The notes: a model not told the origin generated them from the letters alone. A stretch of 64,000 bases of DNA from Candidatus Latescibacterota bacterium (GCA_965222075.1 OZ244937.1:2080001-2144000), one strand, 5' to 3'; counted from the stretch's first letter, positions 1-9,350 are shown. Program-made: numbers and translations.

Positions 1-136
1 CCTCAAGCAGCGCCTCCCGGATATCGCACACCGCATGGATCCGCGCCAGCGGGTGCACGTCGAACGCCGCTCGGAAACTCCCCCCTCGTCCAACCGCTCC
101 CACAACGCCCACGTTCAGCCTCTCCAGAACCCCCAT
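1..136 (-). CDS. Gfo/Idh/MocA family oxidoreductase, N-terminal part (runs off window)
   Basis: Hand translation from ATG at 136: MGVLERLNVGVVGAVGRGGSFRAAFDVHPLARIHAVCDIRE. This fits the Rossmann start (VGVVG...AVCD) typical of the family. Not in ORF track. Confidence 0.7.
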   Translation of the reverse strand, partial: MGVLERLNVGVVGAVGRGGSFRAAFDVHPLARIHAVCDIREALLE

Positions 137-149
137 GTCGCATCTCCTC

Positions 150-521
150 TCAAACCGCGCGCCAGACCTGCCACACCAGACAGAGCCATCCCCCCAAAAA
201 GGCCAGCCCCCCCAGCGGGGTTATCGCACCCAGCCAGCGGATGTCGCTCAGGCTCAATGCGTACAGACTTCCCGAAAAGATCACCGTCCCCGCCACAAAC
301 AGCCACCCGCCCGCAACCCCCACCGACCCCGGCCAGCGAGACATCGCCCAGGCCACCCCCAGCAGGGCCAGGGCGTGATACATCTGGTAGCGCACCCCCA
401 CCTCGAATACGTTCAACATCTCCGGCTCCAGCCTCTCCTTCAGCCCGTGCGCCCCAAACGCGCCAGCCGCAACACCCACAAATGCCGAAACCGCTCCAAT
501 GCAGAAAAACACACGGTCCAT
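150..521 (-). CDS. DUF423 (YgdD/TMEM256) small membrane protein
   Basis: Motifs GAFGAHGL, RYQMYHA, FSGSLY, LGAITPLGG. Confidence 0.92.
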   Translation of the reverse strand: MDRVFFCIGAVSAFVGVAAGAFGAHGLKERLEPEMLNVFEVGVRYQMYHALALLGVAWAMSRWPGSVGVAGGWLFVAGTVIFSGSLYALSLSDIRWLGAITPLGGLAFLGGWLCLVWQVWRAV

Positions 522-548
522 ATCTCACCTCCGAAGAAATTGAATATT

Positions 549-2504
549 TCAAAAATAGAGACTGTGTCCCTGTCCCTGGAACCAGATCGCATCGATCACG
601 AAAGAGATCCCCGCCCCCGTAAAGTGTCCCACAACCAGCCCGATAAAAAAAGGTTTCGCCCGCTCGAAAAGAACCAGGCCTCCAAACCGGATAATCAGCA
701 CCTTCACCATCCAGGTCACAAACAGAGACAGCGCTGTCCACCGGACCTGACCCACCGAAGCAATCGAAAACCCGATCGGATGCAGCCGCCACCAGGTAAA
801 CCGATGGCGCAAATAGGTCATTACCACCGTGGCCAGCACCCCGATGCCCAGAAAGTGCACCCGGCCGGCCGTAAACTCCTCTGCGGATTTCATCTTGCTC
901 ACAACCGTATCAAAAGGCACCTGTCCTCCCCGCCGGAACACCCACTCTCCGAAATTGTAGCCCCCCGTACCGTAAGCCAGCTTCAGGGAGAACCAGAAGG
1001 AAATCAGCAGGCTGACCCCCAGCGCCAGCGCAACGGCCGTCACATACGTCCCCCGGGGGAACCGCCGGTCGCTGTGCACCCGGGCCGCATTGGCCCCAAA
1101 CGGCATAAAAATGGCAATCGGATCGCAGGCCCACGCATAGGAAAGCGCCAGCCCCGCCATCGTAGATCCGCTCAGTGTTGCCGGTCCCACCATATGCATG
1201 GGAAAAGCCTGGGGCACCAGCGGCCCTCGAACGAACACCAGCCCCCCCTCAATCACGATCCGGGTCAACCCCAGGTAGAGCGTGACCACCGCAAACAGCA
1301 GCAGGATCGCAACGTGCAGCGCGATTCCAACCGCGTGCAACCAGAGCAGGATATAGACGGCCGCCCCCAGAACCCCGAAAACCGCCGCCCGGTAAGAGAG
1401 GATCTCCCCCGTATCGTCCACGGAGGCATCCTTCCGAAACGCCTTGCGCAGCACATCCCGCAGATGCCCCCGCGCCACCCAGATCCCACCCAGTACAATC
1501 GCCGCAAACGCCCCGAACCCCTGCCAGGCCAGCGCCGAAGGATAGATCGAGTAGGTCTCGGAAGCCCCGATGCTGAACCCCGTCCGGTTGAAAAGCGCGA
1601 TCTCCACCAGATTAAAGAGGTTGAACACCCAGACGCTGAAAATCACGTCCACGTTTACAAAGTACGTAATCCCCATCAGCGGAAAGGAGAAATTCGTTGA
1701 AATACCGGGCAAAAGGTGGCTCCCCGGAATACTCAGCCGGATGGGCGGAATGGCCGGCCATCCGTGGGGGAAAAAGTAGCCCGGGATATTCCAGGCAATC
1801 TTGAACGCCGCCACGCCAAACCCGATCCAGAACAGCCGGCTGCGCATAAACCGGGGCAGCGCCCGCTTATCCTCCGCCCCCTCCATCATCGCCAGGGGCA
1901 CATCCACCAACGGAAAATTGAGACGTTCCACTTCCACCCACTGTTTTCTAAAAATCGCAATCAGGCAGACACAGAGCGTCAACGTGGCCGCAATCAGCGA
2001 TCCCCACCAGAAGAGGGGCACAACCCAGATGTGCCAGGGGATCGACACCCCCGCGGGCAGCCCCTCAAAAAACCAGGCCACCTCGGGCCCACCCCCCGGC
2101 ACGGCCCAGCGGGGGATATGGTGGTGCAGATAGTCCGCCCATCCGTTCTCCGTCGTCGCATAATAAAAAGGCGATGCCGAAACCGAAATCACGTACCCCG
2201 TAATCCCGTACGTGGGCACGGACACCGCCGCCAGCAGCATAATATAGATCACACCCAGTTCATCGCTCCGCAGCCCGAAGCGGCGGCGGACCAGCTTCAA
2301 CAGAGGATTGAGGACAACCACCACCAGGATAAACGAAAAAGCCAGTCCCAGCGGGAAATAGTTCGTCGTCATATAGGTCGAACGCACGACCCACTCGGAG
2401 TAGGGCGCGCTCATCGTCACGGCCACCACCCCGATCAGCCCGACCACCGCAGAACGAAGCGTCAGAATGCGCTTCGTCCGGGGCGCTGCTGCACACAGGG
2501 GCAT
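549..2504 (-). CDS. DUF6785/DUF6784-like polytopic membrane protein, putative transporter (paralog 1)
   Basis: 651 aa, many hydrophobic segments. Motifs ENGW, FEGLP..IPW..W..PLFWW, RKQWVEVERLNFPL, WWRLHPIGF are shared with 25323 and 47329. Confidence 0.75.
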   Translation of the reverse strand: MPLCAAAPRTKRILTLRSAVVGLIGVVAVTMSAPYSEWVVRSTYMTTNYFPLGLAFSFILVVVVLNPLLKLVRRRFGLRSDELGVIYIMLLAAVSVPTYGITGYVISVSASPFYYATTENGWADYLHHHIPRWAVPGGGPEVAWFFEGLPAGVSIPWHIWVVPLFWWGSLIAATLTLCVCLIAIFRKQWVEVERLNFPLVDVPLAMMEGAEDKRALPRFMRSRLFWIGFGVAAFKIAWNIPGYFFPHGWPAIPPIRLSIPGSHLLPGISTNFSFPLMGITYFVNVDVIFSVWVFNLFNLVEIALFNRTGFSIGASETYSIYPSALAWQGFGAFAAIVLGGIWVARGHLRDVLRKAFRKDASVDDTGEILSYRAAVFGVLGAAVYILLWLHAVGIALHVAILLLFAVVTLYLGLTRIVIEGGLVFVRGPLVPQAFPMHMVGPATLSGSTMAGLALSYAWACDPIAIFMPFGANAARVHSDRRFPRGTYVTAVALALGVSLLISFWFSLKLAYGTGGYNFGEWVFRRGGQVPFDTVVSKMKSAEEFTAGRVHFLGIGVLATVVMTYLRHRFTWWRLHPIGFSIASVGQVRWTALSLFVTWMVKVLIIRFGGLVLFERAKPFFIGLVVGHFTGAGISFVIDAIWFQGQGHSLYF

Positions 2505-2507
2505 GAC

Positions 2508-5456
2508 CTAACCCCCTGAAATGGACATCCAGCGGTCCGTGCGCTCAATCTTGTGTTGACCAATGGAAACGGCGTTCGTTGTCCTCACCTGCCATCCCTC
2601 TCCATGCGACCGCAACCACACCCGGCTGGGCAACCTCACCTCCGCCTTTCCCTCCAGGGTCTGGAAAGGCGTGAACAGCTCCTTCAGAACGCCCGATTGC
2701 CGGTCATACGCAAAACCCGGATGGCGGGTACAGTGCAGCAGGGTCCGGCCGCCCGCCGTCTCCACCGCCTCAACCGGAAACGCCCGGTGATGGCTCCCCT
2801 CCTGAGACAGAATAACCGGCTCAGGATCTGTAAACACAAGCGGCTTATTTTCCGGGATATCCGCCCACGTACCATCCAAAACCACGGCAAGCCGGCCCTC
2901 GCCCCGGCTCGTCACCCCTTCCACCGCCAGCGGAGGGCGCGCAGAGACCTGGACCTCCAGCGCGCCATTTTGGAAATACGTACAATCGTAAAGGGACACC
3001 TGCGTGCCTTCCCCGCCGGCAATCACCGTTGCGTACCGCCCCTGCATCCGGGCCACTCCGTCCACCGTGTGCCGCCGGGAAGGATCGGACGCATAGAACA
3101 CCTGCGCTGTCCGTTCGCCGGTCTGTGTAACCGCCCGCACATCCAGCGCCACCACCCCGGCATCGTCCCGCGTTACATGTCGAACCCCAACGACCCTGTC
3201 GGTTCCATACATCGGCTCCCACAGCGCCACAAACCGGCTGCGCAGATCCTCACCCTCGCGGCGCATCACCACCCTGGGCATCCGGAACTTCTCCACCAGC
3301 GAGTGGTCCTCATCGCCCAGAGACTTCTGCCAGCAGCGCCGGATACTCGGCACCGTGCAGGTATAAAGATCCCCCTCCACGGGCTCCAGCATATGCAGAC
3401 GCACACCGGCCATCTCCCGGTCGATGGCTCGAAACTCCGCGCCAAACGGCCCCTCCACCCGACCTTTATGCACGTCTCGAAATACCCCATACCAGGGGTT
3501 CACATCGCGCGGTTTGAGCCCCCGTGCGTGCAGTTCCTTCTCCCATTCGCTGTGGGCCGGCGGCGTAAACGGCTTCCCATCGTCTGCGTAACTCTCGGCG
3601 AAAAACTGCGTCGGAACCGAAACGCTCAGGGTCTGATCCGTAGAACAGCTTCCCTGCGCCATCCACTCGTGAACCTCTCCCCCTTCTACCTGAAAAATAT
3701 CCACCACCACGTTGTCCGCCTCGCCAAGCGGAATCAGAAACAGCGCCCGCTGGTAGGTCCTGCACTGGGGATACGCCATTGCCCCGGAGGCCTCCACTAC
3801 CTGCACCCCGTTCTCAGCCGGGTGCCAGCCTATCAGATCTCCCGCCACGGAAACGCGTTTCTGCGTTTCCCGGTCCACCACCACCAGATTGTGCCCGGAG
3901 GCAACCGTAGCGAACATTCGGTACGTCCACGTATACCCGATATCTGCAATCAGTTCGTCCGTGTACGCCCAGAGCGCAAAATTCAGCATATCGTGGTGGT
4001 CGTGACCCCAGTTGCCCGAATAGTGGAGGTGCGCCTGAATCGGATGGCCCTTCTCCAGCACTCCCCGCCCCAGAACCGCGTGCCCGAACGCAGGGTATAT
4101 CAGCGGCCGCCCGTCCTGGGGGTCCGGGTGCCCGCCTCCCGTGAGCTTGCTGTACGTATCGTGCACCATCATATAGGTACCGTCGGGATAGCCCATCGTA
4201 TCCAGCGTCTCTATTGCACGGTAAAGCTGAGGGAGTTCTGTCCGATTGTCCAGCCCGTCGAACCGCCTGCCGTCGATGCTCGAGGCAAAACCGGGGGGAT
4301 CGGAGTATCCCTCTCCGTACTCTGCCGCCCGCTTTATGCCGTAGATGTGCTGACGGGCATAAGACATACTCTCCGGAAACACGTAATCCGCCATCAGCGT
4401 CTTCAGCACCATCTCCCGGAGCTTCCAGTAGGAATAATGGATCAACTCGGGCATACCCGCGCCCCGTCCGATCAAAATCAGTCCCTGCGCCTGGTAAGGA
4501 ATATAATTGCTCAACGCCTCGTCGGGATGGGAATAGTAAACATCGTACAGAATCGCATCCTGTACCGAATAGAGGAACAGATCCGCCTCGACCACACACC
4601 GGGCATCCCCACCCGCTGCCAGCCGGTCCAGCGCCTCCCACACCGGCGCGTTCACCACAAAATCGTAGCCCTGGGCCAGGTCGCCCACATGCCGGATGCC
4701 CGTGTGGTACTTATCGTACCAGATACCGGCGTACACCGGATATTCCCTAACCGGCCGCAGCCGATCACCTTCCGCAATCCCCGGGCGGCCCCGATGCGTC
4801 TTCGGCCAGTGTGGAACCGCACACCCAAAATCATACAGAATCGCCGCCGCACGCGCCGCATACTGCTCATCTCCCGTTATCCGATACAGCATCCCCAGCG
4901 TCTTCGCCGCCTCGATCAGATAATACACCCGCAGCGAATCCATATACTCTCCATACAGGTAGATCCGCTTCCCGTCGGGCGCGTCGTGATAAGGATATTC
5001 CTGTGTATCCCCCCTGGGGCCGGTAATCTCAATCGTCCCGGTCCGCGGATAAAGCGCAAACGGATCCACCGTGTGTCCTCTGGGGCACCAGATCCGGTCC
5101 GGATCGTCCGGGCGCCACACCAGCCTGGCCTCGTCTCCGGTGGGACACATCGCGATTCGTGTGGTCGGCATCACCCGGCTGTTTCCGGCAATACGATTTC
5201 GCAGCGGCGCCATGCCGATGAGCTCCTCCGGAGCCACCTTCAAATACGGCTCGGCCTTCTTCTTGAGGTCTCCAATTTCCTCACCCGTCAGCGCCTCGGT
5301 CAGATCTGTTAGTTGTGGGTTGCCGCGCATATCCGGCATCTGCACACGCGGGACCGGTCTCAGCGTGTCTACCCACTGCTCGGTCGGATAGAACCCGCCG
5401 TAGTATTCCCGCAACGCTGCGTCCGTCTCAGCCTCAAACTTGCCAAACTTGGACAT
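2508..5456 (-). CDS. Heparinase II/III-like polysaccharide lyase-fold protein, no signal peptide (paralog A)
   Basis: Start moved to MSKFGKF (ATG 5456, GGGGGA SD). Motifs FPESMSY, GHDHHDMLNF, GHNLVVVD typical of Hepar_II_III-type proteins. Confidence 0.75.
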   Translation of the reverse strand: MSKFGKFEAETDAALREYYGGFYPTEQWVDTLRPVPRVQMPDMRGNPQLTDLTEALTGEEIGDLKKKAEPYLKVAPEELIGMAPLRNRIAGNSRVMPTTRIAMCPTGDEARLVWRPDDPDRIWCPRGHTVDPFALYPRTGTIEITGPRGDTQEYPYHDAPDGKRIYLYGEYMDSLRVYYLIEAAKTLGMLYRITGDEQYAARAAAILYDFGCAVPHWPKTHRGRPGIAEGDRLRPVREYPVYAGIWYDKYHTGIRHVGDLAQGYDFVVNAPVWEALDRLAAGGDARCVVEADLFLYSVQDAILYDVYYSHPDEALSNYIPYQAQGLILIGRGAGMPELIHYSYWKLREMVLKTLMADYVFPESMSYARQHIYGIKRAAEYGEGYSDPPGFASSIDGRRFDGLDNRTELPQLYRAIETLDTMGYPDGTYMMVHDTYSKLTGGGHPDPQDGRPLIYPAFGHAVLGRGVLEKGHPIQAHLHYSGNWGHDHHDMLNFALWAYTDELIADIGYTWTYRMFATVASGHNLVVVDRETQKRVSVAGDLIGWHPAENGVQVVEASGAMAYPQCRTYQRALFLIPLGEADNVVVDIFQVEGGEVHEWMAQGSCSTDQTLSVSVPTQFFAESYADDGKPFTPPAHSEWEKELHARGLKPRDVNPWYGVFRDVHKGRVEGPFGAEFRAIDREMAGVRLHMLEPVEGDLYTCTVPSIRRCWQKSLGDEDHSLVEKFRMPRVVMRREGEDLRSRFVALWEPMYGTDRVVGVRHVTRDDAGVVALDVRAVTQTGERTAQVFYASDPSRRHTVDGVARMQGRYATVIAGGEGTQVSLYDCTYFQNGALEVQVSARPPLAVEGVTSRGEGRLAVVLDGTWADIPENKPLVFTDPEPVILSQEGSHHRAFPVEAVETAGGRTLLHCTRHPGFAYDRQSGVLKELFTPFQTLEGKAEVRLPSRVWLRSHGEGWQVRTTNAVSIGQHKIERTDRWMSISGG

Positions 5457-5500
5457 AAGGTTTATCCCCCCGTAAGCGCAAGGGTTGTACTTTGCTCGTA

Positions 5501-5530
5501 AGCATAATCCCCCGGACCGGGGGTTGTCAA
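5501..5530 (-). promoter_or_regulatory. Putative sigma70 promoter for lyase A/DUF6785 operon, with dyad in spacer
   Basis: Minus strand TTGACA-18nt-TATGCT. Spacer contains palindrome CCCCCGG-A-CCGGGGG (5509-5523). Repeated at 29939-29968. Confidence 0.55.
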
Positions 5531-5651
5531 GCGCAATCGGCTCCCTCTGCTTCGGCAGGGACCTGCACATTCGCTGGATTTTTCAAAAGAGGAAGAGTAT
5601 ATTGGTTTTCGGATATGGATCTGGTAATGTACGGTTCTGGAGGTACTGACC

Positions 5652-8600
5652 ATGCAACCATCCGACACAACCCGGCTTCGAGCCTCCGCGCCTGCGCTCG
5701 CCCGGCTGTCCTTTTGGGTGCCCCCGGAACGGATGGCCGAATTTGAGATGGCCTACGTGGAGAAAGTGGCTCCCATTCTGGAACGCCTCGGCCTGGTGGC
5801 ATCCTCTTGTCAGGCCCGAACGGCCCTGGAGGGGATCTTCAGCCGGCTGTTCGAGATACAAACACCATCTCATATAGCAGAAATAGAGACAGCGCTTCAG
5901 AGAGACGGAAATTGGCAGGAAACGGTGCAGAGTCTCTCAACGGCCTTTACAGCAGACGGCATACCGGACGTGTTTCGGCACCGCCTCGGAATTTACAGTG
6001 CCCCTGCAGGACCTGGCAGGGTGGTGCCTGCTGGATGCGGTCGGGGGCACTGGCGAACCTACGATGGAGTGGACGGATTGCCGGAAAACCATGTGCGGGC
6101 AGTCCTCCAGGATCGGGACGGAAACCTCTGGTTCGGCACCGAAGTCGGGGCCTGCCGATATGACGGTCGAACCTGGGCTACGTTCGCTATGCAGGACGGT
6201 CTGGGAGACAATTATGTGCAGGCGATTTTCCAGGATCGAGACGGACAGCTCTGGTTCGGCACCAGAGGCGGCGTGAGTTGTTATGACGGACAGACATTTA
6301 CCTCCTTCACGGTTCAGGATGGCCTGGCCGACAACAGTGTGTTTTCAATCCTTCAGGACCGGGAGGGAACCCTCTGGTTCGGCACCGGCAGTTTTCGCGC
6401 CGATGGCCGTGGTGTAAGTCGGTATAACGAACAGGGCTTTACTACTTTTTCCGCACAAGATGGTCTGACGGACGACACGGTGCTTTCGATTTTTCAGGAT
6501 CGGGAGGGGCGCCTCTGGTTTGGTACGAACGGCGGTGTAAATCGATATGACGGTCGAAGCTTTGCCGCTTTTTCCGCACAAGATGGTCTGGCGGGTGACA
6601 CGGTGCTTTCGATTTTTCAGGATCGGGAGGAGCGCCTCTGGTTTGGTACGAACGGCGGTGTAAGTCGATATGACGGACGATGTTTTATCACCTTCACAAC
6701 GGACGATGGGCTGGCGGAGAATGTGGTGCGGTCAATCTACCAGGACCAGGAGGGAATCCTCTGGTTCTGTACCCAAGGCGGTGTGAGCCGCTACGATGGA
6801 CAGAAATTCACGACCTTTACTTCTCAGAACGGCCTGGCCGACAATGTGGTGCGGTCGGTCTGCCAGGATCGGGAGGGGCACCTCTGGTTCGGCACGATGG
6901 GCGGCGGTGTCAGCCGATATGACGGGCAGCGGTTTATCACCTTTACAACAGACGATGGCCTGGCGGGCAATTGGGTGCGATCGATCCTTCAGGACCGGGA
7001 GGGGCGCCTCTGGTTCGGCATCTGCGGGGGCGGTGTGTGCCGTTATGATGGAGAGACCTTTTCTACCTTTTCCACACAAGACGGACTGTTAGACGTGGAC
7101 GTGCGGTTGATTTTTCAGGATCGGGAGGGGCACGTCTGGGTCGGCACTGAATACGGTTTGAGCCGGTATGATGGAGAGGCCTGGACCAGTTTCACGCCTG
7201 AAGATGGACTGCCCGAAAACCCGGTTTTTTCGATCTTTCAAGACCGGGAGGGGAGTCTCTGGATCGGCACGATATCCGGTGTGAGCCGGTATGATGGACG
7301 GCGTTTTACGAGCTTTACAACGGATGATGGATTGATCGATAACCATGTAAGGTCGATCTTCCAGGGCCGGGAGGGGGACCTCTTAATCGGTACAATATCC
7401 GGTGTGAGCCGGTATGATGGACGGCATTTTACGAGTTTTACAGCGGGTGATGGACTGATCGATAACAATGTAAGGTCGATCTTCCAGGACCGGGAGGGAG
7501 ACCTCTGGTTCGGGACCATGGGCGGCGGTGTGAGCCGGTATGACGGACAGGCCTGGACCACCTTTACCACGGGTGACGGGCTGGCGCACAACGTGGTGAC
7601 ATCGATCTTTCAGGACCGTGAAGGGCATCTCTGGTTTGGCACGGATGGCGGTGTGAGCCGGTACGATGGACAGGTCTTCCAGACGCTGACCGACCGGGAT
7701 GGTCTGCCGAGCAATTCGATGTGGTCGATCTTCCAGGATCGGGATGGATATATCTGGATCGGCACCGTCAACGGTGTGACGCGCTATCATCCCCCCGCGC
7801 CGTCGCCTCCTTCAGCGTTCATCGACGGGGTGGTGGCCGATCAACGCTATGAAGGGACAACCGCGCTTGAGATTCCCTCCAGCGTGCGGCTGACCGCCTT
7901 TGAGTTTCACGGGATCAGCTTTAAGACCCGTCCGGAGGCAGTGGTCTATCAATATCGGCTGGAGGGGTATGAAGCAGGCTGGAAGACGACAGATAGCGGC
8001 CGGGCGGAATACCAGGACCTGCCGCCGGGCGATTATACCTTTCATGTGAGGGCCATAGATCGAGATCTGAACTACTCCGATCCTGCGACTGTACGGTTAG
8101 CCGTTGTGCTGGACCCACGAATTCAGGCATTGACCGAGGCCCTGAGCGAGAGTGGGGCATCGAGTGAGTTTGTGGGGAAGAGCGATGCGCTGCACCGGGT
8201 GCAGACGCAGCTTTCGGAGATCGCCCAGACGGATGTGACGGTGTTGATTTTGGGAGAGACCGGAACGGGCAAGGGGCTGGCCGCCCGGGCGGTACACGCA
8301 CTGAGCAATCGAAAAATGGGGCCGTTTATACAGGTGAACTGCGGGGCGATTCCGGAAGGGTTGGTGGAAAGCGAACTGTTCGGACACGAAAAGGGGGCGT
8401 TTACGGGTGCGGATACCCGCAAGCTGGGGAAGGTAGAGCTGGCGAAGGGGGGAACGCTATTGTTAGATGAGATCGGGGATCTGGCCCGGGACACCCAGGT
8501 GAAGCTGTTGCAGCTTTTAGAGGAGCGGACCTTCTATCGGGTGGGAGGCACGCAGTCCCTGCAGGTCGAGGTGCGCGTAATCACAGCAACCAACCGGGAT

Positions 8601-9101
8601 CTGGCGCAAATGGTGGCAGAAGAGAGGTTCAGAGAGGACCTGTACTTCCGACTCCATGCGTTTCCGGTGCGGATGCCGCCTTTGCGAGAGCGCAGAGAGG
8701 ATATTTTGCTGCTTGCCGCCTACTTTATGGAAAGAATGGCGATGCGTATGAACAAGAAGATTACGCATTTGACGCTCGAGGCGCAGGCTATTCTGATGGC
8801 CTACAGTTGGCCGGGAAACGTGCGGGAGCTGGAGCACGCAGTACAGCGTGGAGTGATCCTGTGCAAGGGACCGACAATCGGTGTGGAGGAGATCGCGCTG
8901 GAGATTCAGAAGGATCCTGGGGGTCCGGCAGAGGAAGTTGTGACATTAGCGGAGCACGAACGACAGTATATACGGGAGGTTTTGGAGAAGACCGCCTGGA
9001 GGATCAGGGGGCCTCACGGTGCAGCGGTGCTTTTAGGACTGCCCGAGTCCACGCTGCGCAGCCGGATGAAGAAACTGGGCATTGTGCGACCACAACAGTA
9101 G
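5652..9101 (+). CDS. Sigma54-dependent activator fused to two-component-regulator propeller repeats and Y_Y_Y domain (copy 1)
   Basis: ~14 repeats DGL..N.V.SIFQDREG.LWFGT.GGVSRYDG; [19 protein letters not shown] (Y_Y_Y); Walker [30 protein letters not shown]; C-terminal Fis-type HTH. Confidence 0.92.
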   Translation: MQPSDTTRLRASAPALARLSFWVPPERMAEFEMAYVEKVAPILERLGLVASSCQARTALEGIFSRLFEIQTPSHIAEIETALQRDGNWQETVQSLSTAFTADGIPDVFRHRLGIYSAPAGPGRVVPAGCGRGHWRTYDGVDGLPENHVRAVLQDRDGNLWFGTEVGACRYDGRTWATFAMQDGLGDNYVQAIFQDRDGQLWFGTRGGVSCYDGQTFTSFTVQDGLADNSVFSILQDREGTLWFGTGSFRADGRGVSRYNEQGFTTFSAQDGLTDDTVLSIFQDREGRLWFGTNGGVNRYDGRSFAAFSAQDGLAGDTVLSIFQDREERLWFGTNGGVSRYDGRCFITFTTDDGLAENVVRSIYQDQEGILWFCTQGGVSRYDGQKFTTFTSQNGLADNVVRSVCQDREGHLWFGTMGGGVSRYDGQRFITFTTDDGLAGNWVRSILQDREGRLWFGICGGGVCRYDGETFSTFSTQDGLLDVDVRLIFQDREGHVWVGTEYGLSRYDGEAWTSFTPEDGLPENPVFSIFQDREGSLWIGTISGVSRYDGRRFTSFTTDDGLIDNHVRSIFQGREGDLLIGTISGVSRYDGRHFTSFTAGDGLIDNNVRSIFQDREGDLWFGTMGGGVSRYDGQAWTTFTTGDGLAHNVVTSIFQDREGHLWFGTDGGVSRYDGQVFQTLTDRDGLPSNSMWSIFQDRDGYIWIGTVNGVTRYHPPAPSPPSAFIDGVVADQRYEGTTALEIPSSVRLTAFEFHGISFKTRPEAVVYQYRLEGYEAGWKTTDSGRAEYQDLPPGDYTFHVRAIDRDLNYSDPATVRLAVVLDPRIQALTEALSESGASSEFVGKSDALHRVQTQLSEIAQTDVTVLILGETGTGKGLAARAVHALSNRKMGPFIQVNCGAIPEGLVESELFGHEKGAFTGADTRKLGKVELAKGGTLLLDEIGDLARDTQVKLLQLLEERTFYRVGGTQSLQVEVRVITATNRDLAQMVAEERFREDLYFRLHAFPVRMPPLRERREDILLLAAYFMERMAMRMNKKITHLTLEAQAILMAYSWPGNVRELEHAVQRGVILCKGPTIGVEEIALEIQKDPGGPAEEVVTLAEHERQYIREVLEKTAWRIRGPHGAAVLLGLPESTLRSRMKKLGIVRPQQ

Positions 9102-9211
9102 CGCTATATATCACGCAATGCGCTATATATCACGCAGCATTCTTTTTTTATAATTAACTGTAAATAAATAAAATATAAAATTTATGGAGAAATTGTTAAG
9201 CGATATATCGC
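9101..9211. promoter_or_regulatory. Putative upstream activating sequences (copy 1)
   Basis: Direct repeat GCGCTATATATCACGCA at 9101-9117 and 9120-9136; perfect palindrome GCGATATATCGC at 9200-9211; ~125-235 bp upstream of a -24/-12 promoter in AT-rich DNA. Confidence 0.6.
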
Positions 9212-9290
9212 GCATTCGCAATACTGTTCAAAGACTCTAAACATAGATATAACCTGAAATAATAAATAAAATTAGATATAAGACCGTTAT

Positions 9291-9332
9291 AAACAGCCAC
9301 CTGAAGCTATATGCGTCAGATGGCTGTTTTTT
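9291..9332 (+). terminator. Hairpin plus T-run directly upstream of sigma54 promoter
   Basis: AAACAGCCACCTGA / TCAGATGGCTGTTT (1 mismatch), 11-nt loop, ending in a T6 run. Also at ~33729-33769. Confidence 0.5.
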
Positions 9333-9334
9333 CT

Positions 9335-9350
9335 TGGCACAGATTTTGCT
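9335..9350 (+). promoter_or_regulatory. Sigma54 -24/-12 promoter (copy 1)
   Basis: TGGCAC-AGATT-TTGCT, exact GG-N10-GC consensus, downstream of a bEBP gene. Confidence 0.88.

Noticed and set aside
135-5312. Long plus-strand ORFs (135-1700, 2553-5312) and similar antisense ORFs elsewhere (14922-16652, 41298-42923, 53546-55042)
   Set aside because: Shadow frames opposite well-supported genes in GC-rich DNA; no motifs.
5457-5570. ORF-track N-terminal extensions (also 9334, 16615, 27573, 37427, 41121, 44164, 51444, 58096)
   Set aside because: Downstream starts fit SD sequences and/or paralog alignment better; several extensions overlap promoters or terminators.
6050-7790. Regularly spaced ~123-bp repeats as a possible CRISPR array
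   Set aside because: They are in-frame, degenerate propeller-blade coding repeats with no unique spacers and no cas genes.
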